From: Vicugna vicugna
Lineage: Eukaryota
Direction of reading: 5' to 3'
Assembly: GCA_013265495.1 (NCBI GenBank)
Contig: MU058781.1
Location: forward strand, 11,389,009 to 11,453,008
DNA: 64,000 bases
Part shown: one piece after another, positions 63,620-64,000 of the stretch
Numbering within the stretch: position 1 is the first letter of the stretch
How the letters are laid out: each line of letters begins with the position of its first letter
Notes under the pieces: model-generated
What the model saw: the letters and a program-made list of their open reading frames with translations, nothing else
The model's database searches: none
Told to the model about the DNA's origin: nothing
Position numbers and translations under genes: made by a program

Positions 63620-64000
63620 CCTACAACCCAAGTGGAGCTTATGGGCTTATTATTTTCTTTTCATTAAAAGGATTCAAGCTGTTTGCTTCATAAGGCATTA
63701 AAGATATCTGACCTTGATACACAAAAGGGATGATATGCTACTTATTCAGCCAAGAAACTCCTTCAAGTCACTAGACATTTCTGTATATTATTAACAATTT
63801 CATATATATTCATGTGAAAATGAAGTCTCTACACTAGTATATGTCATTATTAAACAGTTCGTAACTAAAAATCTCTACTGTGGATTCCATGATATAAGTC
63901 AATACCAAGTAACTCAAATGAAAGTACATAGCAAGCAATTAAAAAGGAGAAGAGTCAACTAAAAAGGAGCCACCACAGGAGAGCTAAGGTAAAGAAGAAA

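Overview
Mammalian nuclear DNA, not microbial. It is orthologous to the human 6p22 DYX2 region, and the young tRNA-derived SINEs suggest a camelid. The window holds four genes: the 5' half of KIAA0319 (minus; non-coding exon 1 at ~34905-35110, coding exons 18333 down to 1901, continuing off the left edge), a complete 7-exon TDP2 (minus, 366 aa), a complete 3-exon ACOT13 (plus, 140 aa) head-to-head with TDP2 on a shared CpG island, and the last coding exon plus 3' UTR of C6orf62 (minus). The rest is intronic or intergenic sequence rich in L1, L2, MIR, LTR, DNA-transposon and SINE relics. I see no new multi-gene system. The most notable oddities are a Gly17-Val-Gly5 GGC/GGT repeat in KIAA0319 exon 3, a tailless retrocopy of a tRNA-Cys 5' half with an 11-bp TSD, a Cys at the normally conserved EEP-motif Asp of TDP2, and a candidate alternative TDP2 first exon in intron 2. 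All comparisons with human proteins and all repeat family names come from memory and need database confirmation.
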